The notes below the pieces were generated by a model. It saw nothing but the letters and a program-made list of their open reading frames with translations. It had not been told where the DNA came from and did no database searches. DNA of 64,000 bases from Polyangiales bacterium (GTDB lineage: Bacteria; Myxococcota_A; Polyangia; Polyangiales; Ga0077539). Positions 28,693 through 37,421 of this stretch are shown here, in pieces; position 1 is the stretch's first letter, and each line of letters opens with the position of its first letter. Location: assembly GCA_044229975.1 (NCBI GenBank), contig JBGARZ010000010.1, positions 256,001-320,000 of the forward strand, given 5' to 3'. The translations under genes were made by a program, and so were the position numbers.

Positions 28693-30627
28693 TCAGTCCG
28701 CGACCCCTTCGTCGCTGAAGTCCGCGCTCCGCACGTCGTTGGCCACGTACTCGCTGAACTCCGGGCTCGTCACCACCCGCACCCCCGCGTCGAGAAACAC
28801 CTTCGCTGCCTCCGGGCTCACGTACCCGCTGGCCATGAGGTCGATGCCCTCCAGCGCGCGCACCAGCGCCGACCCGCACAGCGCCTTCGCCTGCGGGACG
28901 CCCATCTTCCACCCGTGGATCGACAGCACCTTCAACCGCGGCAGCGCCTCGGCGTCGCACAGCGCGCGGTGCGCCTTGTCGTGCTGCGCGTAGACCCCGC
29001 CCAGCACCAGCACCTCGACGTTGTCGAGGTTGCCGCAGCTCAGAAACTTCGCGAACTCCCCGCCCGGCAGCGCCTCCACCCGCAGGTGCGTCACCGACCG
29101 CAGGAAGCGTGCGTCCTTCCACTTCGGCTTCGGCCCGCCGTACCAGCTCGACGCATCGAGGTGCGTCACCGGAAGCGTCTCCACGCCATCGAGCTTCGCG
29201 ATGAGCGCTCCCCAGGTGGCGCTCGTGTAGCTCACGTTGAGCTTCCGCAGCCGAGGCAGCGCGGCGCTCGCAAGGAGTGCCGCGACCCCATCGGTCTGGA
29301 GCGGCTGCCCCATGAGGAAGAGCGAGTGCAGGTTGCGCAGCGACGCTGCTTCGCCGAGCGCCTGCGCGCCCACCGCGGTGATGGGCCCTTCGGTGGCGTT
29401 GGACGACAGCGAGAGCCAGCGCAGCTCACCAAGGCCGGGCGAGCGCGCGATCGCTACGGTTCCCTCGTCGCCGATCTCGTTGGCCGAGAGGGTGAGCGCG
29501 CGCAGCGAGGGATGGCCCGCCCCCGCGAACATCGCCGCGACCCCTGCCGGGCCGAGCTCGTTGTACGGCAGCGTCATGGACTCCAGCGGGTGGAGCGCGC
29601 CGATCGCCGCGATGGCCTTGCCCGCTGCGGCGCCGGTGAGGCGGGCGTTTTCCAGCTTGAGGTGGCGGAGGTGTCCGTCGCCGCGGGTGAGCGGTTTGAG
29701 CTCGGCCGCGCCGATCTTGATGCCGTAGGTGGTGAGCGTGTGGAGGCTGCGTCCAAGCGGAGCGTCCCACCAGCGGGCCGTGTCGAGGCCGGTGACGTTG
29801 CGCGAGGTGAAGTCCTGCACCGCGATGGCGTCGAGGGGAGTCTCCTTGAGCGCGTCCCACTGCGCCGTCGTCGGAACCCCTCGCACGTTGAGCGCGCGCA
29901 CCCTGGGCAGCGCCGCGCGGTGCTTGAGGAAGACCTCGATGTCGTCGACGTAGAGCAGCTCGGTGTCATCGAAGCGCCCCGACGAGAGACGCTCGTCGAT
30001 GTCCTTGCTCCCCTGCGAGCGGACGAACTTCCGGTGGAGGGAGAGGTCCCCCGCGTCGGCTGCGCGTTGGGAGCGCGTCGTCCCACCGCGGAAGTAGGTC
30101 GGCCACGCTTCGAGGGCGGCGAGCGCGCGGGCCTCGGCGGCGTCGGGGTGCTGGTCGTCGGGCCACGTCGCGAGGAGCATCTCCGTCTCGCTGTACGCCT
30201 CGGAGGTGCGCTCTCCGAGGGCGCGATCGAGCCGCTGCAACCGCTCGTCTTCGGTGAGGTGGGCGGGGCTCTGTCGGTCGAAGTCCGAGGCCGTGATGAC
30301 GGGACGGTTCTTGTTGAAGTACCTGGCGGCGGTCGCGGTGTCGTCGTCGTCGACGACCCCGTAGCCCGAGATGTCTTCGTCGGTGGTGATGGTGGTGAAG
30401 CGCTCCAGGAAGGCCCTGATGGCCGCGCCGCGTTCACCGGCGACCTCGACGGTGAAGGGGTACCCCCAGTGCACCGGCCCCGCGGGCGCGAAGGCCTTGG
30501 GGGTGAGCGCGGTGGCGGGCTTCTTCGCGGCAGGTGCCTTCTTCGCGGCGGCCTTCTTCGCGGCGGGCTTCTTCGGGATGGCTGGGGTTTCAGAGCGTGC
30601 GCGAGGAGAGCGTTTGCTGGTGGCCAT
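28693..30627 (-). CDS. leucine-rich-repeat protein (ribonuclease-inhibitor-like) with Lys/Ala-rich N-terminus
   Basis: LRALTLSANEIGDEGTVAIA, LRWLSLSSN, LRKLNVSY repeats; N-terminal KKPAAKKAAAKKAPAAKK. Confidence 0.8.
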   Translation of the reverse strand: MATSKRSPRARSETPAIPKKPAAKKAAAKKAPAAKKPATALTPKAFAPAGPVHWGYPFTVEVAGERGAAIRAFLERFTTITTDEDISGYGVVDDDDTATAARYFNKNRPVITASDFDRQSPAHLTEDERLQRLDRALGERTSEAYSETEMLLATWPDDQHPDAAEARALAALEAWPTYFRGGTTRSQRAADAGDLSLHRKFVRSQGSKDIDERLSSGRFDDTELLYVDDIEVFLKHRAALPRVRALNVRGVPTTAQWDALKETPLDAIAVQDFTSRNVTGLDTARWWDAPLGRSLHTLTTYGIKIGAAELKPLTRGDGHLRHLKLENARLTGAAAGKAIAAIGALHPLESMTLPYNELGPAGVAAMFAGAGHPSLRALTLSANEIGDEGTVAIARSPGLGELRWLSLSSNATEGPITAVGAQALGEAASLRNLHSLFLMGQPLQTDGVAALLASAALPRLRKLNVSYTSATWGALIAKLDGVETLPVTHLDASSWYGGPKPKWKDARFLRSVTHLRVEALPGGEFAKFLSCGNLDNVEVLVLGGVYAQHDKAHRALCDAEALPRLKVLSIHGWKMGVPQAKALCGSALVRALEGIDLMASGYVSPEAAKVFLDAGVRVVTSPEFSEYVANDVRSADFSDEGVAD

Positions 30628-30728
30628 GGTGGTCGCCGAGCGTATCGAACCGGCGCACGCCTTCAAGGATCGAGGCAGCTACATGAGCGAGGTCCCAACT
30701 ACGTCGCGGCCCAGAAGGTTGCGCTCCC

Positions 30729-31364
30729 TCAGCAGGCCGCCCCGCTCGGGATGCACGCGTACACGACCCCGCCGACGCCGCGGCACGGCATGCAGCTACT
30801 CGTGCTCGAACACCCGCGCGTGCGGCAGTCGCCGCCCCCTGCGTCGTCGTCCGTGCCCGCGTCCTTCGCCCCCGCGCACTCGCCGCGATGGTCGACGCTC
30901 ACGCTCTCCGACGCCGCCCCGCAGGCGTTGCCGTACGTCCGCCCGTCGCAGCCGCACACCGGGTCGTAGAGCCGGTTGCAGATCATCGGCGGCGTCGTGC
31001 ACACGCCCGGACCATCGGCCCGCCCGCAGATCGACGAGACGGGGAAGTCGCAGAACTGCCCATCGGGACACGGCGACCCACCGCGACCGCCGCACGCGCG
31101 CCCCTCCGGAACATCCTGCGCCACCGGCTGATCCACCGCCGCCACGTCCACCACCGCCGGCCGATCGACCGCGACGGGCACATCCACGGCGACCACGACG
31201 TCGCGACCCGCGTCCATCGCCGCGGGCACATCGACCGTCACGCCCGCATCGACGACGGACCCACGATCGGTGCTCGCCGGGACATCGGTGAAGGCCGACA
31301 CGTCGTCACCGCATCCCGCGAGCGACAACGCCAACAAACCCATCAGACCAACCGTGGACTTCAT
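30729..31364 (-). CDS. Kazal-type serine protease inhibitor domain lipoprotein
   Basis: Lipobox [27 protein letters not shown]. Confidence 0.85.
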   Translation of the reverse strand: MKSTVGLMGLLALSLAGCGDDVSAFTDVPASTDRGSVVDAGVTVDVPAAMDAGRDVVVAVDVPVAVDRPAVVDVAAVDQPVAQDVPEGRACGGRGGSPCPDGQFCDFPVSSICGRADGPGVCTTPPMICNRLYDPVCGCDGRTYGNACGAASESVSVDHRGECAGAKDAGTDDDAGGGDCRTRGCSSTSSCMPCRGVGGVVYACIPSGAAC

Positions 31365-31389
31365 CCCATGACCTCGCAGCACCAACGAC

Positions 31390-31941
31390 CTACGCCCGCC
31401 GCGACCACGGAACATCCTCCACGCCCGCGCGGTGGTTCACCTGTCGCGCCAGCGAGAAGAGCAGGTCGCTCAAGCGGTTGAGGTACACCTTCAGCTCCGC
31501 CCTCGCGCCTTCGCCCTCGGGCAGACCCACCACCGCCCGCTCGGCCCGTCGACACACCGTCCGCGCCAGGTGCAGCGCCGCGGCGCCCGGGGTGCCCGCT
31601 GGCAACACGAAGTTCTTCAGCGGCGCGAGCGTCGACTCGCTCTCGTCGATGGCCACTTCCAGCCGCGCGGTGTCCTTCTCGTCGAGCAGCGGAATGCCCA
31701 GCGAGCGCTCCTTGCCCGGCACCGTCGCCAGCTCCGCGCCCAGCGTGAACAGGTCGCTCTGCACCGCGCCCAGCAACCCGTCGATGTCTCCCGGCAGGCC
31801 CGTCGCGCGCGCCACGCCGAGCACCGCGTTGAGCTCGTCCACCGTCCCGTACGCCTCGACCCGCGCGCTCGCCTTCGACACCCGCGCGCCGCCGAAGAGC
31901 CCCGTGTCCCCGTCGTCGCCCGTCTTCGTATAGATCTTCAC
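31390..31941 (-). CDS. ATP:cob(I)alamin adenosyltransferase, PduO type
   Basis: GTG start [46 protein letters not shown]. Confidence 0.95.
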   Translation of the reverse strand: MKIYTKTGDDGDTGLFGGARVSKASARVEAYGTVDELNAVLGVARATGLPGDIDGLLGAVQSDLFTLGAELATVPGKERSLGIPLLDEKDTARLEVAIDESESTLAPLKNFVLPAGTPGAAALHLARTVCRRAERAVVGLPEGEGARAELKVYLNRLSDLLFSLARQVNHRAGVEDVPWSRRA

Positions 31942-32882
31942 GTCGCCCCCAGCAGCGTCCCGGTGCGCAGCGGGTGACCCGCCAGGAATTCCCTCGCCCC
32001 GAGCGCCTTCTTGCCTTCGAGCTGCAACTCCGTCAGCGCGATGAGCCCGTCGCCCGTCGCCACCCAGATGCGCTCCTTGTCCACCGCGACGATCTCGCCC
32101 GGCGCGCCCGCGAGCACCGCCGGCGCTCCGTCGAGCGCCGTCGCGCGCACCATCAGCCGCCGCGCTCCCAGCGTCGTCGACGTCCCCGGCCACGGAACCA
32201 ACCCCCGCACCTGATCGTGCAGCGCCCGCGCGCTGCGCTTCCAATCCATCGCCGCCATCTCCTTCGTGAGGATGGGCGCGAGCGTGTGGCGTTCGTGGTC
32301 TTGCGCGACGGGCGTGAGCATTCCGCCGACGTAGTGCGCGAGCTCTTCTTCGAGCAGCGCGACGCCCAGCGCGCACAGCCGATCGGCGAGCGACGGTGAC
32401 GTCTCGTCGGGGTCGATGGGCGTCCTTCGGATGGAGAGCATCGGGCCCGTGTCGAGCCCCTCGTCCATCTTCATCAGCGTGACGCCCGTCTCCGCGTCGC
32501 CCGACAGAATCGCCCACTGGATGGGCGCCGCCCCGCGGTGTCTCGGCAACACCGACGCGTGCACGTTGAGGCACCCGAGGCGCGGCGCCGCGAGGACATC
32601 CGGCGGCAGGATGCGCCCATACGCCACCACCACGGCGACGTCGACGGCGAGCTCACGCAGCCACGCGGCCACGACTCCATCGCGCAACTTCGCGGGTTGG
32701 GAGACGGGGAGGTTGTGTTCGAGCGCGTAGCGCTTGACGGGCGGCGCGGTGACGACGTTGCCACGGCCGACGGGCTTGTCGGGCTGGCAGACGACGGCGG
32801 CCACGTCAGCGATCCTGGTCAGTGCGGCGAGCGGGGGGACGGCGAAGGCGGGGGTTCCGAAGAAGGCGACGCGGGGGCGCAT
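31938..32882 (-). CDS. fmt: methionyl-tRNA formyltransferase
   Basis: FFGTPAFA, QPDKPVGRG, VVAYGRIL, NVHASVLPRHRGAAPIQ, MDEGLDTG; follows def. Confidence 0.97.
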   Translation of the reverse strand: MRPRVAFFGTPAFAVPPLAALTRIADVAAVVCQPDKPVGRGNVVTAPPVKRYALEHNLPVSQPAKLRDGVVAAWLRELAVDVAVVVAYGRILPPDVLAAPRLGCLNVHASVLPRHRGAAPIQWAILSGDAETGVTLMKMDEGLDTGPMLSIRRTPIDPDETSPSLADRLCALGVALLEEELAHYVGGMLTPVAQDHERHTLAPILTKEMAAMDWKRSARALHDQVRGLVPWPGTSTTLGARRLMVRATALDGAPAVLAGAPGEIVAVDKERIWVATGDGLIALTELQLEGKKALGAREFLAGHPLRTGTLLGAT

Positions 32883-32898
32883 GGGCGTAGAGCGTGGG

Positions 32899-33417
32899 TC
32901 AGGGGCGGGCGTCGGCGCGGGCGCGCTTCTGCATGTCGCGGTCGATCATGCGGCGGCGCAGGAGCGAGACGTGGTCGACCATGAGCTGGCCGTCGAGGTG
33001 GTCGTTTTCGTGCTGGATGGCGATGGCGAGCAGACCCTCGGCCTGCATCTCGAAGGTCTTCCCGTCGAGGCCCATGGCGCGCACGGTGACCTTCTCGGCG
33101 CGCTCGATCTCCTCGTGGATGCCCGGGAAGGAGAGGCAGCCTTCCTCCCAGACGGTCTCGCCCACGCGCTGGATGATCTCGGGGTTGATGAAGTAGTGAA
33201 GCTGGCTGGGGTCGTCGGTGCCGGAGGCCACGTCGATGACGAAGACGCGCAGCGCGACGCCGATCTGCGGGGCCGCGAGCCCGACGCCGGGCGCTGCGTA
33301 CATGGTCTCGGCCATGTCGTCGCAGAGCGCACGCACCGCGTCGGTGACCTCGGTCACGGGCTGGGCCTTCACGCGCAGTCGCTTGTCGGGGTAGCGGAGA
33401 ATGGTTCGGATCGCCAT
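32899..33417 (-). CDS. def: peptide deformylase
   Basis: GVGLAAPQIG, EGCLS, QHENDHLDG. Confidence 0.97.
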   Translation of the reverse strand: MAIRTILRYPDKRLRVKAQPVTEVTDAVRALCDDMAETMYAAPGVGLAAPQIGVALRVFVIDVASGTDDPSQLHYFINPEIIQRVGETVWEEGCLSFPGIHEEIERAEKVTVRAMGLDGKTFEMQAEGLLAIAIQHENDHLDGQLMVDHVSLLRRRMIDRDMQKRARADARP

Positions 33418-33520
33418 GACGTCACCTGATCGGAGGGGAGAGGCGTCGGGAGAACTATCGCGTGCCCTCCCGCGGCGCAACCCGCAGCGGTCTGGCCAAC
33501 CTCTGGTGTATGGTCGGCGC

Positions 33521-33904
33521 GTGTCCAACGCAGCCACGCGCGGAATCCGGGTGCAGGTGAAGAGTCAGTACCTGCCCGAGCGGTCGCAGCCGCTCCGGCA
33601 GCAGTACGTGTTCGCGTACACGGTGACGATCCACAACGAGGGACAGGTCACGGCGCAGCTCAAGGCGCGGCACTGGGTCATCACCGACGCCGACGGCAAC
33701 GTGCAGGAGGTTCGCGGCGAAGGGGTCGTCGGCGAGCAGCCCACGCTGCGCCCCGGGCAGACCTTCGAGTACACCTCGGGCTGCTCGCTCCGCACCCCAC
33801 GCGGAACCATGGAGGGCACCTACCAGATGCTCGACGACCGCGGCGACCGCTTCGACGCGCGCATCGCGCCCTTCTCGCTGGCGCTCCCCCACAGCCTCAA
33901 CTGA
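33521..33904 (+). CDS. apaG: ApaG (Co2+/Mg2+ efflux-associated, DUF525)
   Basis: YVFAYTVTIHN, RHWVITD, VRGEGVVGEQP, FEYTSG, GTMEGTY; GTG start at 33521. Confidence 0.95.
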   Translation: MSNAATRGIRVQVKSQYLPERSQPLRQQYVFAYTVTIHNEGQVTAQLKARHWVITDADGNVQEVRGEGVVGEQPTLRPGQTFEYTSGCSLRTPRGTMEGTYQMLDDRGDRFDARIAPFSLALPHSLN

Positions 33905-33917
33905 CGGTCGTCCACCG

Positions 33918-35153
33918 ATGGTCGAGCGTCGCGCGGCGCTGGTGGTACGGCGGGCCCTCGGGTCGCCCCGCGACGTCACGCGCGCCCACGACGCGCTGAA
34001 GCAGGCGGGCGTTGCGCTGGGCGCGTCGCTCTCCGCGGCGTTGGCCGACGACCGCTGGGGCGTGGTGCTGCTGGCCGAGCAGCGCGCCGTGGTGGTGGGC
34101 GTCCTCGTGCTGCGCTGGGTGCGCGCGGTGGGCGACGGCCCCGACGCGACGCCCGCCGTCGCGTGGGTCGACCGCTGCTGGTCCATCGACGACGACCCAT
34201 CGGTCATCGAGGCGCTGGAGGACGCTGCCCGCGCCGAGGCGGAGTCCCGCGACGTCACCGGGCTCCGCGGTTTTACCGAACCCGGTATGCCCGTCGCGTC
34301 ATCGCTCTCTCCACCACCGACCGTGCCCGTTGCACACTCTTCTGCGCTCGTTCTCGCCGATGGTGTGACGGTGCGCCTCGACCCCGACGCCGACCCGCTC
34401 GTCACCCTCTGGAACGGCGCCCAGGCCTTCCGCGCGCGCCGTCCCTCCGACCGCACGCTGGCGAGCTGGAGCGCCGATGACACGGTGGGTTCGCGCGAGG
34501 TCGACGACGGCGACGCGCTGCGCTTCGACGCGACGACCCGGCGGCTGCGCGAGTGCTGGCTGACGCGCCCCTCGCGGGTGGCCTTCGACGAGGACGTGTG
34601 GCGCGCGGCGATGTCGCTGGAGGTGACTCCGGCCGTGCTCACGCTGACGTCGGGTGACGGCTTCGCGCTACCCGCGATGGAGGTCGGCGTGTTCGATCTC
34701 GCGCTCTCGGGTTACGTGGCGCTGCGCGCGTCCGACCTCGCCGCCGGTGCGTCGTCGCTGTCCGGTTGGACGGCCGCCATGGTCTCTCCCGAGGTGGCGC
34801 TGCTCTTCGACGCGAGCGGTCGCTGGTCGGGGTGGCGGGTGCACGACGTGGTGTCCCGCGCGCGCCCCATGGGCTGGCCCGACGTGCGCGAGGAGCCCAT
34901 TCCCCCCGGAACCTCCCGCGACGCCCTGACAGCCCTCCTCTACGACTGGATGTGCATCGACGCGGGCGACCGCACGCGCCCTGACCTGGCGGTCGACCCC
35001 GACGACATCGCGCACATGGTCTCGCTGCGCGGTCGCGCGCGCTCGCTGGCCGATGCCGCGGGTGCGGCGGGCGACGCTGCGGTGGCGGGCGTCGCGAGCG
35101 ACGTGGCCGCGCAGGTGTATTGGAGCTGGGGGTTCTTCCGCGTGGGGGACTGA
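33918..35153 (+). CDS. hypothetical protein
   Basis: 411 aa ORF 13 bp after apaG with protein-like composition; no motif recognised. Confidence 0.55.
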   Translation: MVERRAALVVRRALGSPRDVTRAHDALKQAGVALGASLSAALADDRWGVVLLAEQRAVVVGVLVLRWVRAVGDGPDATPAVAWVDRCWSIDDDPSVIEALEDAARAEAESRDVTGLRGFTEPGMPVASSLSPPPTVPVAHSSALVLADGVTVRLDPDADPLVTLWNGAQAFRARRPSDRTLASWSADDTVGSREVDDGDALRFDATTRRLRECWLTRPSRVAFDEDVWRAAMSLEVTPAVLTLTSGDGFALPAMEVGVFDLALSGYVALRASDLAAGASSLSGWTAAMVSPEVALLFDASGRWSGWRVHDVVSRARPMGWPDVREEPIPPGTSRDALTALLYDWMCIDAGDRTRPDLAVDPDDIAHMVSLRGRARSLADAAGAAGDAAVAGVASDVAAQVYWSWGFFRVGD

Positions 35154-35159
35154 GCGCCG

Positions 35160-36344
35160 TCAGCGCGCGAAGGCGACGGCGCCTTCGAGCAGCAGCCGAC
35201 GGAGCATGGTGACCTTGCCCTTGTCGTCGAGCTCGTCGCCGAGGTCGGCGAGGCGAAACGTTCCGTCGCGCTTGAGCGTCGCCGCGAGGATGGGGGCGAT
35301 GGCCGCGGGCCAGCGGGTGCTGCGCCCGTTGACGGTGAGCACCGCGGCATCATCCGTCTCTTCGACCTCGGTGCGCGCGCCGGGTCGACGTGCGAAGACG
35401 GTGTCCGCGGTGATGGGGGCGATGGCGCCGGTGACGAGTCCGGGGAGGTGTTCTTTGTGTTCGCGGTCGAACTGCTCGTGCAGTCGCTCACGAACATCGT
35501 CCCAGCGCACCGCGCTCAAGACACGGTCGACCCGCTGTTGCATGGCGGCGCGGAGCTCGTCGTCGCTGGCGTCGTTGCGCAGCGCACCGAGCGGAACACC
35601 CGCGCGCAGATCGGGGTCACGCAGCGCCTGGACGGCGAGCGCTTCGAGCAGCACCTCCGACCAGCGAAACGGGTGCAGCCCGATGGTGACGTGCATGGAC
35701 GGCCCGTCGTCGACGGCGACGGCGTCGTGCATGAGGCCGCGCGGGATGTAGAGAACGTCGCCGGTCTGGAGCAGCAGCTCGGTGGTGAGCGCGCCGACCT
35801 TGGTCTCGGTGGGGTTGAAGCGTTCGCCGCGCATGGGGAGGCCGCGCGGGCTGTCGTAGAGGCGCCACTGCTTCTGGCCGACGCACTGCACGAGCAGAAC
35901 GTCGTGGCTGTCGAAGTGGGGCGCGAAGCCCTGGGCGCCGCCGGGCGTGAGGTAGAGGTTGGCCTGGGCGTGGATGCCGAGCTCGGACTCCAGGCGCGCG
36001 AGGATGGCGCGCACGTGGGGGGAGAGCTGGTCGAGGTTGTTGACGATGATGGTGGCGCCCGCGGCGAAGAGCCTGGCGACCTTGATGGGGTCGATGAGGC
36101 TCTCGTCGTCGCTGTAGTCTTCGGCCTCGACGGGGTCGCGGGCGTTGACGAGGGAGACGTCGGGGTGACGGCTGGCGCGCGCGGTGAGCATCGCGTCGAC
36201 GCCGTCGAGGGTGACCATCGCGGCGCGGGCGTCGTCGGGCCGGCCGCGCACGTGGAGCGGTCGCTGCTCCCAGTGGTGGTCGAGGAAATGTTGGAGGGAG
36301 TGCGGAGCGAGCAGCCCCGCGAGGGTGGGAAACCGCTCGTCCAT
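35160..36344 (-). CDS. JmjC/cupin_4 Fe(II)/2-oxoglutarate oxygenase (RoxA/YcfD/NO66-like) with winged-helix-like C-terminus
   Basis: FLDHHWEQRPL, ANLYLTP, GFAPHFDSHDV (HxD), GQKQWRLY, GDVLYIPRGLMHDA (distal His), SMHVTIG; start re-called at MDERF. Confidence 0.9.
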   Translation of the reverse strand: MDERFPTLAGLLAPHSLQHFLDHHWEQRPLHVRGRPDDARAAMVTLDGVDAMLTARASRHPDVSLVNARDPVEAEDYSDDESLIDPIKVARLFAAGATIIVNNLDQLSPHVRAILARLESELGIHAQANLYLTPGGAQGFAPHFDSHDVLLVQCVGQKQWRLYDSPRGLPMRGERFNPTETKVGALTTELLLQTGDVLYIPRGLMHDAVAVDDGPSMHVTIGLHPFRWSEVLLEALAVQALRDPDLRAGVPLGALRNDASDDELRAAMQQRVDRVLSAVRWDDVRERLHEQFDREHKEHLPGLVTGAIAPITADTVFARRPGARTEVEETDDAAVLTVNGRSTRWPAAIAPILAATLKRDGTFRLADLGDELDDKGKVTMLRRLLLEGAVAFAR

Positions 36345-36370
36345 GGTGTGGTGTCGGGAGCGACGGAGGA

Positions 36371-36769
36371 CTATCGGCAGCGACGACCGCGGCCGACGCC
36401 GTCGGCGTAGCGGCCGCCGTCGGAGTCGGTGCAGCCGCGTCGGCGGTAGCGGGGAGGAGGCGGAGCGCGGTAACGGCCGCCGCCACCGCCGCCGCGACCG
36501 CAGTTGGACTCGTCGCCGGAGTCGGAGTCGGTGAGGCCGGTGTGGCCGCGGCCCACGCCGTCGGCGAAGCGACCCCCGTCGGAGTCGGTGCGACCCGTGC
36601 GGCGCCGGCAAGCCTCGGCGTCTTCGGTGCGGAGCGTCACGACGCCGATGGCCGCGCCGATGAGCGCACCGATGGAGGCGAGCGCCGATCGCCGCGGAAC
36701 CGCCGCAACCTCCGTGATGTCACTCGGATCCAGGGTGAGTTGCTTCTTGGACGGATCTTGATCGGCCAC
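36371..36769 (-). CDS. small Tat-signal repeat peptide; candidate RiPP-like precursor or JmjC substrate
   Basis: GTG start with AGGAGG RBS (36776-36781); PRRSAL + hydrophobic stretch + AEA; three TDSD units; four Cys. Confidence 0.75.
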   Translation of the reverse strand: MADQDPSKKQLTLDPSDITEVAAVPRRSALASIGALIGAAIGVVTLRTEDAEACRRRTGRTDSDGGRFADGVGRGHTGLTDSDSGDESNCGRGGGGGGRYRAPPPPRYRRRGCTDSDGGRYADGVGRGRRCR

Positions 36770-36775
36770 GGGATA

Positions 36776-36903
36776 CCTCCTGCGCGTTGAAACGGTCCCT
36801 CAGAAGGGCAGTTTCACACGCTCAAGGCGCAGCTTGTCAACGTACTTGGAAAGTTGATTGAGAGAATCAAAACCGCAGATGGAGAGGGGAGACGAATTGT
36901 CTC
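36776..36903 (-). promoter_or_regulatory. putative promoter/operator region of the peptide-JmjC pair
   Basis: AT-richer intergenic DNA with TTGACA on the minus strand (36835-36840), palindromes TTGATT-N5-AATCAA (36854-36870) and GAGAC-N5-GTCTC (36889-36903), and the RBS; -10 element weak. Confidence 0.45.
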
Positions 36904-36905
36904 AT

Positions 36906-37421
36906 TCAGGGTGCTCCTGCGGCGATCCAGTCGCGGACGAGTGCGATGAGTTCGGGGGAGAGGGGGTCTGCGCCTTGGGGCATGCGTGATCCGCAGGGGG
37001 GCGAGTCTTCGGTGATCTTCCGATAGAGGAGGCTGCCGTCGGGGTCGCCGGGGCGTACCCGGGTGAGGCCTTGTCCGGAGCACGAGACGCCCATGGCAGA
37101 GACGTTTCGGAGCGTGGTGGCGGGCTGGTCGTCGTCGAGGCGCATGCGGCCGGTGGGTTCGGCGCTGGCGTGGCAGCTCGGGATGGCGCAGTGGGGTCGA
37201 AACACCCGTGCTTCGATGACGGCGAGGGTGACGCCGGCGTCGACGAAGCCTGCGTCGGCGGGGACTACACTGCCGACATCACTTCCGACATCGTTGCGAA
37301 CATCGATGGGGATGTCATTGCCGATATCGGTGATGGTGGCGGCGTCCTGGGGTGCGGGGGTCGGGTCGGCCGAGCAGCCGAGCGACAGGGCGAGGAGGGC
37401 GAAGGAGGCGGTGCGGTTCAT
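36906..37421 (-). CDS. lipoprotein with cytochrome c-like domain (CX4CH; planctomycete cytochrome C-like)
   Basis: Lipobox SLGC; CAIPSCH; RVRPGDPDGSLLYRKI..RMP..LSPELIALVRDWIAAGA. Confidence 0.7.
   Translation of the reverse strand: MNRTASFALLALSLGCSADPTPAPQDAATITDIGNDIPIDVRNDVGSDVGSVVPADAGFVDAGVTLAVIEARVFRPHCAIPSCHASAEPTGRMRLDDDQPATTLRNVSAMGVSCSGQGLTRVRPGDPDGSLLYRKITEDSPPCGSRMPQGADPLSPELIALVRDWIAAGAP

Noticed and set aside
26956..30969. 1337-aa plus-strand ORF
   Set aside because: Arg/Pro/Ala-rich off-frame and antisense shadow of better-supported genes
36854..36870. FNR box
   Set aside because: Half-sites are separated by 7 bp rather than 4
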